A stretch of 64,000 bases of DNA from an uncultured bacterium (GTDB lineage: Bacteria; Patescibacteriota; Dojkabacteria; J137), in contig OY969472.1 in the NCBI GenBank assembly GCA_963700155.1, positions 808,690 through 872,689 of the forward strand, read 5' to 3'. Position numbers and translations under genes: made by a program. The notes under the pieces were generated by a model that saw nothing but the letters and a program-made list of their open reading frames with translations, did no database searches and was not told the origin of the DNA. Shown one piece after another: positions 38,201-47,254 of the stretch. Within the stretch, counting starts at the first letter, position 1. Every line of letters begins with the position of its first letter.

Positions 38201-38967
38201 CCTCCAGAAAGCGATTCATTTTCTCCACGGATATTAGAAAAGTTTATTCCACTTCCGGATCCATATTTAAAAATTCTTGCTTCAGTTGTAACCATATCAA
38301 AAATACCACCTGGGTTTACCAAATCATCGTTTATTGAAAGAATAAAGCATGCATGTGGCTGCCCCCTAGTATAGGCATCTTCAGATTGTTTAACTTCTTT
38401 TGTTTCAGGATCAACATACCAGTGACCTTGAGGTTTCCCAGTAATATTATATGCATGAGAAAGACCAGTGTTAAACCATTGTGGGCTGTTTGGGGCAGCC
38501 ATTTGGGTCATAAGCATATAAGATACTTCATCTTCAAATGATTGTCCATCTTCTTTTGAATCAAAGTAATTATATTTTTCACCCCACCATCTCCAAGTCG
38601 AGGCAAGCCTATTTACAGCCTGTTTTACTGAAGTTTCTGCTCCTAAAATAGGCTTGCCGTTCTTATCTTTTTTTAATTCGCCTTTTTTATTGTATTGAGG
38701 AACTCCTTGTTTTCTGAAGTATTTTTGAGCAATTATATCTGTTGCAATCTGGCTCCACTCTTTTGGAATTTCAATATTATTCATCTCGAATACGACTGAT
38801 CCATCAGGATTAGTAATTTTAGAAGTTCTATATTCAAATTCTACATCTTTATAAATATCTTCACCTGTCTTTGTGAACATTCTTTTTATTTTCAATCCCT
38901 TCTTCCCAATATTAGTTTTAATTCTTTTATCAATATCTTTTTTTGTAACTATAGGATCTGTGGCCAT
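35263..38967 (-). CDS. nrdJ: adenosylcobalamin-dependent (class II) ribonucleotide reductase
   Basis: APNSPQWFN, QPHACFI, GGTTRRAAKM, SNPCSEY, IAPTGTI, C-terminal CxxC..CxxC zinc ribbon; no intein seen. Confidence 0.97.
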   Translation of the reverse strand: MATDPIVTKKDIDKRIKTNIGKKGLKIKRMFTKTGEDIYKDVEFEYRTSKITNPDGSVVFEMNNIEIPKEWSQIATDIIAQKYFRKQGVPQYNKKGELKKDKNGKPILGAETSVKQAVNRLASTWRWWGEKYNYFDSKEDGQSFEDEVSYMLMTQMAAPNSPQWFNTGLSHAYNITGKPQGHWYVDPETKEVKQSEDAYTRGQPHACFILSINDDLVNPGGIFDMVTTEARIFKYGSGSGINFSNIRGENESLSGGGKSSGLMSFLKVFDAAAGAIKSGGTTRRAAKMVCLNMDHPEVEKFINWKVIEEQKVAALVAGSHTNYEHLKKIMKSAEVNGIDPRKNPELKNLIKEANKDYVPLNYIKRALMLVENGVSSEEFTLERYDTDFRSDAYTTVGGQNSNNSVRISNKFFDALEKDKNWDLINRTDGQVFKTLKAKDLWKQVLEAAWQSADPGVQYDTTINEWHTCPQDGKINGSNPCSEYMFLDDTACNLASLNLIKFYDQENKEFRTEEFIHATRLWTIILEISILMAHLPTKTVAEKTFLYRTLGLGYGNIGALLMQQGIPYESEEGYAITGAITAIMGGESYATSAEMAKVVGVFDRYETNKKDMLRVIRNHRRATYASDESEYEGLSIAPMGINSDIIPEYLSKSAKESWDYALELGKEFGFRNAQTTLIAPTGTIGLLMDFDTTGVEPDFALVKFKKLVGGGYFKIVNQSVRPGLEVLGYSPKQIEEIEKYIIGHQTLQDAPYINFESLKEKGFTEKELMIMEERLSNIYDLNSVFSKWTLGEDFLRKIGISDDEMNDSAFNLLKRLGFTDREIQEAEDYVCGTMMIEGAPYLKEEHYQVFDCANKCGKKGQRYIKTMGHLKQMAAAQPFLSGSISKTVNLPEEATLKDIEDSYIQGWKLMLKSNALYRDGSKLSQPLNSSASENSAYAELFNFDDEEVVEESVTQKEVQQVIMKEQMVAAPKRRRLPDERHSITHKFSVGGHEGYITVGLYEDGTPGEVFINMSTGGSFLNGIMDSFAISLSLNLQFGVPLEVIVRKLTNARFDPSGMTTNKEIPMAKSIMDYIGRWLAVKFLEPETAKLYHNEELVEKSYMPGGNNYRVLIPHINGKGHTEIKTTKYIDIEAENGLIGNVSYSTVASATSVRYDDTPEPTPDAIEPAQMKLDAAAVTPVQDTLEANKDPMTEKIKKARSMGFTGDMCSNCGGMNMKRNGSCLVCTDCGTTTGCS

Positions 38968-39015
38968 GATGCATCTATCAATAAAATATAAATTAGTTTC
39001 AACTATAATAAGTTT

Positions 39016-39462
39016 TTAAGTACTTAATCTTTCTAGTTCACTTTGAACCTCTTCTAAGCTTTTAAATTCTTTGTAAACTGATGCAAAAAGTAATGCCGAT
39101 AACTTATCTAATTGTGTCAATTTTTTTAAAACAAGTTCCCCAATATAAACAGAGCTGATTGTTTGTTGATCATTGTTCATTAAAAGTTGCTCAACTTCTA
39201 AAACTAACTCATCAACTTTTTCTTCAGGTACTCCTCTCTTACTTGTAGCTTTTAAAACACCTCTTTTTAATTTTTCTCTATCGAATTCTTCAATTTTTCC
39301 GTTTCTTTTTAGGACATTGAGATTTACATTCTCAATTCTTTCATATGTAGTAAATCTTTTGCCACATTTTTCACACTCTCTCCTTCTTCGAGTTGCAGTT
39401 TCTGTATCTCTCTTATCTACTACTCTTGTACAGCTGTTGTTTTTACAAAAAGGACAAACCAT
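39016..39462 (-). CDS. nrdR: transcriptional repressor NrdR
   Basis: CPFC...RRRREC..CGKRFTTYE plus ATP cone. Confidence 0.97.
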   Translation of the reverse strand: MVCPFCKNNSCTRVVDKRDTETATRRRRECEKCGKRFTTYERIENVNLNVLKRNGKIEEFDREKLKRGVLKATSKRGVPEEKVDELVLEVEQLLMNNDQQTISSVYIGELVLKKLTQLDKLSALLFASVYKEFKSLEEVQSELERLST

Positions 39463-39510
39463 TTCTATCTATAATTTATATCAAGTATACCTTTCTAACA
39501 AAATCAAAAC

Positions 39511-39591
39511 CTACAACTAATTGTAGGTAGTGTATAGACTACCTACTATATGTTGTGGTGTCAAATAGTTTCTCTCTACACACTGTTGTGG
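39511..39591 (-). promoter_or_regulatory. three NrdR-box-like sites and sigma70 promoter of nrdR-nrdJ
   Basis: 16-mers at 39511-39526, 39543-39558, 39576-39591; minus-strand TTGACA (39564-39559) -17 nt- TAGTCT (39541-39536). Confidence 0.8.
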
Positions 39592-39944
39592 TTAATGAAT
39601 CGCAGTTTCACATATTTTCCCCAGAGTATTTTGATGTTATAGGGTATCGATTTAATTTAAAATTTACAAAAGTTTTATAGTATTTAATTAAAACCGATTA
39701 TAGTGATTGGAATATCTTATAGTAATGTTTAGCTACATTTTTATTAGCAATTTTAATAACATCATTTTTTGTTGAGTATTTATGATCCAGAAAAGAGAAA
39801 AGAATAAGAAATATTTACAATACTTCTGAAACTTTCGTAGAAAGAATAGAACATAAATGTATAGTTGTCTAAAGGTAATATCAGCAGTAAGATATTAATT
39901 TCCTTTTTCTTCAGTTATAATAAAAACATTGTTAAATAAAATTT

Positions 39945-41366
39945 ATGAAGTGGTTTCATGCAATTGGTATATGCGGGAAAGCAACTTCAAATGTTGCAAA
40001 AATGTTTAAAGATATGGGTTGGTTTGTTACCGGCTCAGATTTACAATACTTCCCTCCAGTAAGTATCCAGCTTGAAAAGTGGAATATTCCAACAGTCGAA
40101 GGCTACAATTATGAACATTTAACAAAAGAATTTTGGAGCGAGAAACTGGGACAAGATAAAGCTTCAGAAATTCCAGATATACCTGATTTATGTTTAATAA
40201 TAGATACTGCTACTCCACTAAATAAAGAATATCTTTTTGCAAAAAAGAAAGGTATAGATGTAAGACCATATTCTCAAATTTTAGGTGAATATTTAGTAAA
40301 AGAAGAGTCAATTGTCGTTACTGGAACTGCAGGAAAAACAACTACTACAGCTTTGGTTGTAAGAATGCTGCAAGAGCAGGGTCTTGATCCAAGTTATATG
40401 GTTGGTGCAGAAGTTATTGATTTTGAACAATCATTAAGAAATACAAAAGGAAGATGGTCGGTTCTTGAAGGCGATGAATTTCATAACAGAGAAATTTCTA
40501 ATGGTGCTAAATTTTTAGAATATAAACCAAAATATTTAGTTATAACTAATATAGGATGGGAGCATCAGGATATTTTTCAGACACAGGACAGTTATATTTA
40601 TGAGTTTGCAAAAGCTGTTGAATTAGTTCCAGAGGATGGAATAATAGTGGCTCATGCTGGTGACGAAAATATAAATAAAGCCTTATCTGGGGCAAGATGT
40701 AAAGTTATAAGATATGGTGTTGATGCTTTGGGCAGCTGGAGTATAAAAAAATCAGGAGAATGGAACGCAATTTTCGATGATAAAGGAAGTTTGATAATGC
40801 AATTTCAAACTTCCTTGCTAGGAACTTATAATTTAGAGAATATTTTAGGTGCGGTAGCTTTAATAAAAACTATTCTGCCTGCTGTTGATTTAGATAAGAT
40901 CCAATATGCAATTGAGAATTTTAAAGGTCCAAAAAAAAGATTAGAGATACTTCATAAAGATGAAAGTTTTGTTGTTGTAGATGATTTTGGAGTTGCTCCT
41001 GAAAGGGCGAAAAATTCTTTAAAAACCTTAAAGGAGTATTTTTCGCAATATAAAATTATCGCAGTTTTTGAGCCAAATTCAGGAAGCAGAATAAGAGATT
41101 TAGAAACATTTAACCAGCTTTATAAAGGTACTTTTAAAGATGCGATGGAAGTAATAATTCCAGATCTCTCCACAACTAATAATGAACTGATAACTGCTGA
41201 AGAATTGGTTTCAAGACTAAAAGTTTTAGGTACAAATGCAATTCATGTACAATCATCTGAGCTTATGAATTATTTAACCGAGCTGAAAAATTCAAATCAA
41301 AAAATACTTTTTGTATTTTTCAGCTCTTATAGACTCACTGAAATTGCTGAAAATTTATTTAAATAA
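39945..41366 (+). CDS. Mur ligase, Mpl/MurC-like
   Basis: HAIGICG..VTGSD, VTGTAGKTTT P-loop, LEGDE, GPKKRLE, DDF. Confidence 0.88.
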   Translation: MKWFHAIGICGKATSNVAKMFKDMGWFVTGSDLQYFPPVSIQLEKWNIPTVEGYNYEHLTKEFWSEKLGQDKASEIPDIPDLCLIIDTATPLNKEYLFAKKKGIDVRPYSQILGEYLVKEESIVVTGTAGKTTTTALVVRMLQEQGLDPSYMVGAEVIDFEQSLRNTKGRWSVLEGDEFHNREISNGAKFLEYKPKYLVITNIGWEHQDIFQTQDSYIYEFAKAVELVPEDGIIVAHAGDENINKALSGARCKVIRYGVDALGSWSIKKSGEWNAIFDDKGSLIMQFQTSLLGTYNLENILGAVALIKTILPAVDLDKIQYAIENFKGPKKRLEILHKDESFVVVDDFGVAPERAKNSLKTLKEYFSQYKIIAVFEPNSGSRIRDLETFNQLYKGTFKDAMEVIIPDLSTTNNELITAEELVSRLKVLGTNAIHVQSSELMNYLTELKNSNQKILFVFFSSYRLTEIAENLFK

Positions 41367-41385
41367 TATTTTTTAGGATTGATTT

Positions 41386-41787
41386 ATGGACGATTATGAT
41401 CTTTTCTACGAAAGAATTCCCAATACACAAGAAGCTAGAATGTTTATTAGCTTACTAAAAAAAGCATGGAAAACAGATAATAGTGTCATTTTAAAAGAAT
41501 CTATTATAGAGATGTATAATTTATTACAAAGAACTCAAGATCGAAGAGAAACTCTTGAATTTTCTGGTATCAATTTAGACACTTTAGGTAATAGAGATAT
41601 AAAACTATGTTTAGAAAGAGGTGAATTATTTAGACTCCAGAAAAAAGCTCATAAATTATTTGGATCTCAAATGGATGATAAGTTTAATTATATAAGAGAG
41701 AGTCTTTATGGAATAGTTATTACATGGACTCGTGAGTTACAATTATATTTCCTTAGAGAATTTGGTATTAATCGTTTAGAAATTTGA
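41386..41787 (+). CDS. hypothetical protein
   Basis: 133-aa ORF. Confidence 0.65.
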   Translation: MDDYDLFYERIPNTQEARMFISLLKKAWKTDNSVILKESIIEMYNLLQRTQDRRETLEFSGINLDTLGNRDIKLCLERGELFRLQKKAHKLFGSQMDDKFNYIRESLYGIVITWTRELQLYFLREFGINRLEI

Positions 41788-42024
41788 ATCCAAAAAAAGA
41801 TAGTAATACTTTTTACTTACTCTTTTACAATTTAGTTAAGCTCCCCCAGTTATTTCCTTCTACTTAATAAAATTACAATATGATTTTTTTTAATTCTTTA
41901 AGTTCTTTTTTAATATTATAATTATAAGTTTTTAGGTAAAAACTTGAAACTAAACTATAGGATATTGCAACATTTTAACTTTCAATCTTAAACTGAGACT
42001 ACTTTAGATTAAAAGTTTTGAACA

Positions 42025-42951
42025 ATGTCTTTAACCACAGCTCATGATATCCTAACAAAAATAAATATTCTTGATCCAGAAGAAAAAATCGCAGCTTCAA
42101 AACGCCACCCAAAAAATGAATTTCAAGCATATGCATATAAATTAGCGCATGATCTTAATGATCTTCAACATTTGCAAATTTATATGAGACTAGCAAAAAA
42201 TATAGATAGAGTTGTTATGGAAAAAGCATATTCGTTTGTTTCAGACAGTTCTTCAAATGATCGGGGAAGATTGTTTCTATGGAAATTAAAGCAGATCCGA
42301 AAAGATGAAAAAAGGAAAAGAGATATGAAAAACTTTGATTATGATTTTGTTATCTCTAGAATGTCTAAAGTCCGAGATATTTTATCGGAGTTAATTCGTG
42401 AAAAGGTTGAATCAGAATATTCAATAGAAGATAAAAAAATGTTTCATGATGTATTTAAAGAAGTTTTAAGTGAAAAAAAAGATTCTAAGCGTGGAACAAT
42501 TAAGATATTAATTTTAGGCTACTGCTCTACTAGACAGCTTGTTGATATAAAAACTGCAGGATTTAATATTTATGGAATGGAAGTTTCTAAAAAACTTACT
42601 AAGTTTTTAAAAAATACTTCTAAAGAACTGGATTTAAAGCTGAAGTGGGTTTCGAAAGATTTTCTGAAAAATTCTTTCGAAACCCACTTTTTTGATGCAA
42701 TACTAATTAGCAGCTATTGGTCAGTAGTTCCAAAGGATTCAGAAATAAGATTCCTAAAAGAAGTAAGGAAAGTTTTGAAAAAAAACGGGAAATTGATTAT
42801 AAATTCTAAGGCTTCAAAATCTGAAAAAGAAGAATGGAAAATTGTAAGATATAAAGGCGAAGATATTGAATGCTTTTATAAAAAAGAAAGTTTTTCAGAG
42901 TTAAAAGAGACTCTAGGTGTATTATTTAATTCAGTGATTTATTTAAAATAA
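42025..42951 (+). CDS. small helical N-terminal domain fused to degenerate class I SAM methyltransferase domain
   Basis: KILILGYC, YGMEVS, FDAIL, FLKEVRKVLKKNGKLII. Confidence 0.7.
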   Translation: MSLTTAHDILTKINILDPEEKIAASKRHPKNEFQAYAYKLAHDLNDLQHLQIYMRLAKNIDRVVMEKAYSFVSDSSSNDRGRLFLWKLKQIRKDEKRKRDMKNFDYDFVISRMSKVRDILSELIREKVESEYSIEDKKMFHDVFKEVLSEKKDSKRGTIKILILGYCSTRQLVDIKTAGFNIYGMEVSKKLTKFLKNTSKELDLKLKWVSKDFLKNSFETHFFDAILISSYWSVVPKDSEIRFLKEVRKVLKKNGKLIINSKASKSEKEEWKIVRYKGEDIECFYKKESFSELKETLGVLFNSVIYLK

Positions 42952-42968
42952 TTAATCTTTTCATTATT

Positions 42969-44639
42969 ATGGATAATAGTGAGTATATAGTGTCACATAC
43001 TGAGACTAAAGATACAGGAATTCGATTATTTAGTGTTAAGAATCCGCATAATGGTTTTTTACTTACTTTTGCAGAATTTAATCCAGATTTTGATGTACAT
43101 GTAAGTGTTGCTTGGACTGGTGCAAGAACTTCAAGGTCTGATGATCCATATAATCAGATTTTTCAAGAGGTTATGGATTTAGTACAAAGTGATCCAAAAG
43201 CTGCTGCTGAGAAAATAGAAAAATTTGGGCTAAACTATGGACATAGTTCTATACTAGGTATGGTTCCAATATTTTTATTTATAAATAATATTCCGATAGA
43301 AATGCCATTCTGGTTATTTAATCATACTAGTATTGGTGATGGTCAAGAATTATCCAGCAGATATGTTAACTTTAAAGATTTATCAATTACAGACATTGTT
43401 AAATTTGTTGATTTTGAGAAACTTAAGCTGGAGGAAAGAGAACTAGTTCGTAAGAAATGGATAGAATTACAAGAGAAAGCTGTTGGAAATTATGAAAAAT
43501 GGAAAGAAAAAGTTCGAGATAGATATATTAAACAATTTATGGATGATGATCAAAATATTAAGATTCCTGAAAGTACACTTACTGCTAGGGTTTTGGATAT
43601 TGCAAGAATGTGGATACCAATTGGAGCTACAACGTCAATGTGTCTTCTTGGTAATTTAAGAATGTGGAATGAGTTTATAAAGAAGCTTAAAGAGACTGGA
43701 GAGAAAGAGTATATTGAACTTGCAGATCAAATTAAATATTTACTTCAGCTAAAAGAAACTGATGAAGGAAAAGATATTCAGGCAAATCTTTCAGGTCTGG
43801 TAAAACATACTGATCCCAAATTTATTATTCAAAATAATTTAGATGATTTAAAAACTTATTTAGAGGATTTTCCTAACTTCCACAATTTTCTGTTGAATGC
43901 AAGAAAGAACTCTAGGGAATATGTTACTGAGACTAACGTCACTAAAGTCGAGTCTGTAAGTGTCGGAGAAATATTGGTTATGCAATATATTTTAGTTCTA
44001 TATCCATTCTTAGATGAGGCAGAAATATTAGCATTTTTAAGAACACTTACTGCTGAGGTTAAGAAAAAATTAGGTGAAATTATATTAAATAATCATAATC
44101 AGTTTGATTTAATGGGGAATATGGGAGATGTAAGAGGAGATGTGTATATAGTTGAAACAGCAATTGCTTATTTAAGGGACTTAAATAGACATCGAGCTAA
44201 TGGCAGAATGATAACTATGTTAGAAACTGAAGATGTTAACTCGCTTATTGATAATGGTTTTAATAAAAATTATCAACTTATGGAAACTGAGGGATTAAAG
44301 GATTTACTGCCTGAGTGGGAGTCTGATGCAGAGGAATATTATAATGATTTAAGATATTTACATGATTTATTGAGTGAGAAATTTCCAGAAGTTAATCTGT
44401 CATTTTTAAGAAAATTATTCCCATTAGGACATCAAACAAAAATGCATTTTAGTGCTCCAATAACCCAATGGAATTATCTTCTAAACCTAAGAAGCACAGG
44501 CGGAAATGATTTTGGTAATAGAAATATTGTATATAAAATTTTATTAAATCATAGACAAGATGAGTATCTAGCTGGAATGCTACCTCAGATAAATGAACCA
44601 AAGCCGAACTCATTGGAAGAATTTAAATCAAGAAAATAA
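42969..44639 (+). CDS. thyX: FAD-dependent thymidylate synthase, tandem-domain type
   Basis: YGHSSI, QELSSRY, LDIARMWIP in first half; RDLNRHR, NYLLNLRS in second half. Confidence 0.88.
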   Translation: MDNSEYIVSHTETKDTGIRLFSVKNPHNGFLLTFAEFNPDFDVHVSVAWTGARTSRSDDPYNQIFQEVMDLVQSDPKAAAEKIEKFGLNYGHSSILGMVPIFLFINNIPIEMPFWLFNHTSIGDGQELSSRYVNFKDLSITDIVKFVDFEKLKLEERELVRKKWIELQEKAVGNYEKWKEKVRDRYIKQFMDDDQNIKIPESTLTARVLDIARMWIPIGATTSMCLLGNLRMWNEFIKKLKETGEKEYIELADQIKYLLQLKETDEGKDIQANLSGLVKHTDPKFIIQNNLDDLKTYLEDFPNFHNFLLNARKNSREYVTETNVTKVESVSVGEILVMQYILVLYPFLDEAEILAFLRTLTAEVKKKLGEIILNNHNQFDLMGNMGDVRGDVYIVETAIAYLRDLNRHRANGRMITMLETEDVNSLIDNGFNKNYQLMETEGLKDLLPEWESDAEEYYNDLRYLHDLLSEKFPEVNLSFLRKLFPLGHQTKMHFSAPITQWNYLLNLRSTGGNDFGNRNIVYKILLNHRQDEYLAGMLPQINEPKPNSLEEFKSRK

Positions 44640-44644
44640 ATTTT

Positions 44645-45406
44645 ATGGCAGGAAATGGAAATTATTTACAAGAAAGATTTAATGGTGAGTCACAAAAACT
44701 CACTTATGAACCAATTGACCCCGATTATTTATTAATGCGGCCAATTTCAAATGCTATTATGCGTATTCAAGCTGGGAATGGGACTATGGAAGATCAAAGG
44801 TTATTAATGACCAATAAAGTATTTTTACCTATGCAGGAATTAAAAGATGTTTGTAAAAGTAAACCAATTATTTGTTATATAGTTGATCCAAAGTCAGGGT
44901 TAATATTTGCAGCAAATAATGGGACTCGTTCAAGAATACCTTATTGTGTAAGACATGCTCTTCAAACTGATCCGGAAAATTTATACAAAGAATGTATAAC
45001 TATATGTCATCAACCCGCACATGCAGAAGTAATGGCGATAATAAATTATCTTATGTGGACTGGAAAATTAAATGAAGAACAATTTAATCGAATATTCCCA
45101 ATTTTAGGAAAAGCCGATGATGAAGAGAGATTTGAAGTTGTCGATCACAACTTTTTACTACAATGTATAAAAGAAAGTAATATTAGTTTTGGGGATGGTG
45201 TTGAAGTTTATTTATATGGTCATGAGATTTGTTGTGATTCATGTGCTAAATTACTATTAGCCTTAGGAGTATCAAGTATAAAACTATCCCCAGAAACCCA
45301 TGAAGATGAAAAGATAAGAAGAACAAAGCTACATAATAAAATGACGAATAGTGATTTACAACATTTAAAAATACTCGCACAAAATACCACTATCCAAGAA
45401 AGCTAA
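44645..45406 (+). CDS. zinc-dependent deoxycytidylate deaminase-like protein
   Basis: HAE and YLYGHEICCDSC zinc motifs; 5 bp downstream of thyX. Confidence 0.8.
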   Translation: MAGNGNYLQERFNGESQKLTYEPIDPDYLLMRPISNAIMRIQAGNGTMEDQRLLMTNKVFLPMQELKDVCKSKPIICYIVDPKSGLIFAANNGTRSRIPYCVRHALQTDPENLYKECITICHQPAHAEVMAIINYLMWTGKLNEEQFNRIFPILGKADDEERFEVVDHNFLLQCIKESNISFGDGVEVYLYGHEICCDSCAKLLLALGVSSIKLSPETHEDEKIRRTKLHNKMTNSDLQHLKILAQNTTIQES

Positions 45407-45414
45407 TTCATCAT

Positions 45415-45699
45415 TTACTCTCCTCTTGAAGTTGATTCTTCAAGCTCTTCGCCATCTTCAGGATCTTGAGGTTCTGAGTAACTTACAGTTGGTTCAGAAC
45501 GTTCTTCAATATCTTCTAACTCTTCTTCAGGCTCATCGCCACCTTCTTCATCTTGGCTTTCTAAATCAGTATCCATTTCCTCATCCATTTCACCATACTC
45601 ATCATCATTTACAACATCTTTTAATTGGTTTTCACCAACTTCATCCAAATTAGGATTTTTGACATCTTCGTTTGGAGTTGTTTTTACATCATCGTCCAT
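45415..45699 (-). CDS. very acidic low-complexity protein
   Basis: about 40 of 94 residues are D/E. Confidence 0.7.
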   Translation of the reverse strand: MDDDVKTTPNEDVKNPNLDEVGENQLKDVVNDDEYGEMDEEMDTDLESQDEEGGDEPEEELEDIEERSEPTVSYSEPQDPEDGEELEESTSRGE

Positions 45700-45789
45700 A
45701 CTCTTTGTAATAATAATTAAGATAAACGATAATTACATTTATTCTATCAAAATTTGTATAATTTAAATATTATTTCAAAGAAATTTTAA

Positions 45790-46452
45790 ATGGATATAAA
45801 GCTTGAGGATTCATGGAAAGAAAAATTAAAAAGTGAGTTTGAGAAACCATATTTTAAAGAGCTTGTTGAGTTTGTAAAAAATGAATATCAATCGGAAACT
45901 GTTTATCCACCAGGTCCATATATTTTCAGAGCTTTAAATGAATGTCCTTTTGATAAAGTCGAAGTTGTAATAATTGGACAGGATCCTTATCATACGCCAG
46001 GTGTTGCCAATGGATTGGCATTTGGAGCTGCTGATGGTAAAAGAATACCACCATCATTATTGAATATTTATAAAGAGATTCATGATGAATTTGGGACCCC
46101 TATTCCGGCTTCGCCTAATTTGGAACGTTGGGCTAATCAAGGTGTTTTGTTATTAAATGCAACATTAACTGTTCGCAAGGGCGAAGCCGGCTCCCATCAG
46201 CATAAGGGTTGGGAAGAATTTACAGATGCAATAATAAAAACAGTATCGGATGATAAAGAAAATCTTGTATTTTTACTTTGGGGCGCATATGCTCAGAAAA
46301 AAGGTGCTGTAATTGACTCCTCAAAACATTTAGTCTTAGAATCAGCACACCCTTCACCATTTTCAGCTGATCGAGGCTTTTTTGGAAATGGTCATTTCAA
46401 AAAAGCCAACGAGTATCTTAAAGAGCATGGGAAAAAAGAAATCAAATGGTAA
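45790..46452 (+). CDS. ung: uracil-DNA glycosylase family 1
   Basis: GQDPYH, PPSLLNI, GVLLLN, HPSP. Confidence 0.98.
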   Translation: MDIKLEDSWKEKLKSEFEKPYFKELVEFVKNEYQSETVYPPGPYIFRALNECPFDKVEVVIIGQDPYHTPGVANGLAFGAADGKRIPPSLLNIYKEIHDEFGTPIPASPNLERWANQGVLLLNATLTVRKGEAGSHQHKGWEEFTDAIIKTVSDDKENLVFLLWGAYAQKKGAVIDSSKHLVLESAHPSPFSADRGFFGNGHFKKANEYLKEHGKKEIKW

Positions 46453-46533
46453 CTTCTCTTTTGGAAAACTTTTGTATTGATTTTGTAAAAATAATGTAAT
46501 AGATTTGTAAAAGTAGTTAATAATTTAAAATTA

Positions 46534-47193
46534 ATGCTAGATACTTTAGGAAATCAAACTGATGAATACCCTAAGTATATTGCCCCTCCCCTAAATAATC
46601 CAATTCCAATCCAAGAACCTAATTTTATAAAAACTGAACTTTTTGATCCTAACTATTCTATTCCAGTTGATGATCCTAATGAAGATGTTCTAATAAAGGA
46701 GCCAGTTGTTAATCAAAAACTTAAACTTGAAATTCCACAAGATATTTTTGATTTATTAATGTATGAAGTATATTCAGATGGGAAATGCTTGGAAGTTGTA
46801 AACATTAATGGTGAACTAAGAATTGTTTTGGATGTCAATGTAAGTGACGAAATAAGAGAACCTCATCATATTTTCAATCCTCAAAAACCAAAGTGGCAGT
46901 GTCCAACGATTTTGATTGATGCAGCAAATTTTAATGGTTTAAGTATTCTTTATATGCCTATCATCAAAAATGATCAACATACAAAACTTCATCAAATTTT
47001 TAGAGATTCTCAGTTTAAATTTAATAGAATTAATAATTTGTTTTCTTATGCACATATTAAATTTCTTACTGATAATTTAGAATTATTGAGAGGGAAAATT
47101 TCTAAAAGAGAATATAATGCTTTAGTTTATACTAAAGAGTCATTAAATAATTTAAATTATTCTCCACTACTATACCCAGAATTAGAAATGTAA
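46534..47193 (+). CDS. hypothetical protein, Pro-rich N-terminus
   Basis: 219-aa ORF. Confidence 0.65.
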   Translation: MLDTLGNQTDEYPKYIAPPLNNPIPIQEPNFIKTELFDPNYSIPVDDPNEDVLIKEPVVNQKLKLEIPQDIFDLLMYEVYSDGKCLEVVNINGELRIVLDVNVSDEIREPHHIFNPQKPKWQCPTILIDAANFNGLSILYMPIIKNDQHTKLHQIFRDSQFKFNRINNLFSYAHIKFLTDNLELLRGKISKREYNALVYTKESLNNLNYSPLLYPELEM

Positions 47194-47254
47194 ATTTACT
47201 TTAAGTTTACCAATTTCTAATAATACTTTAATTTCAATATGGTTTAAATATAAT

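Noticed and set aside
35263-38967. Intein or intron in the long nrdJ
   Set aside because: Continuous ORF with no intein splice motifs or LAGLIDADG blocks; length fits this NrdJ subtype
39726-39872. Frame LATFLLAILITSFFVEYL-TGA-SRKEKRIRN... as a gene remnant or sign of TGA recoding
   Set aside because: No start and no recognisable family; TGA is a real stop elsewhere (ATGA overlaps at 4737, 13359, 27967, 29857), so code 25 is not supported
39463-39944. Cobalamin riboswitch upstream of nrdR-nrdJ
   Set aside because: No GGGAA/B12-box core or GC-rich stems; the region is explained by NrdR boxes and promoters
41788-42024. AT-rich intergenic region as replication origin
   Set aside because: No TTATCCACA-type DnaA boxes or iterons seen
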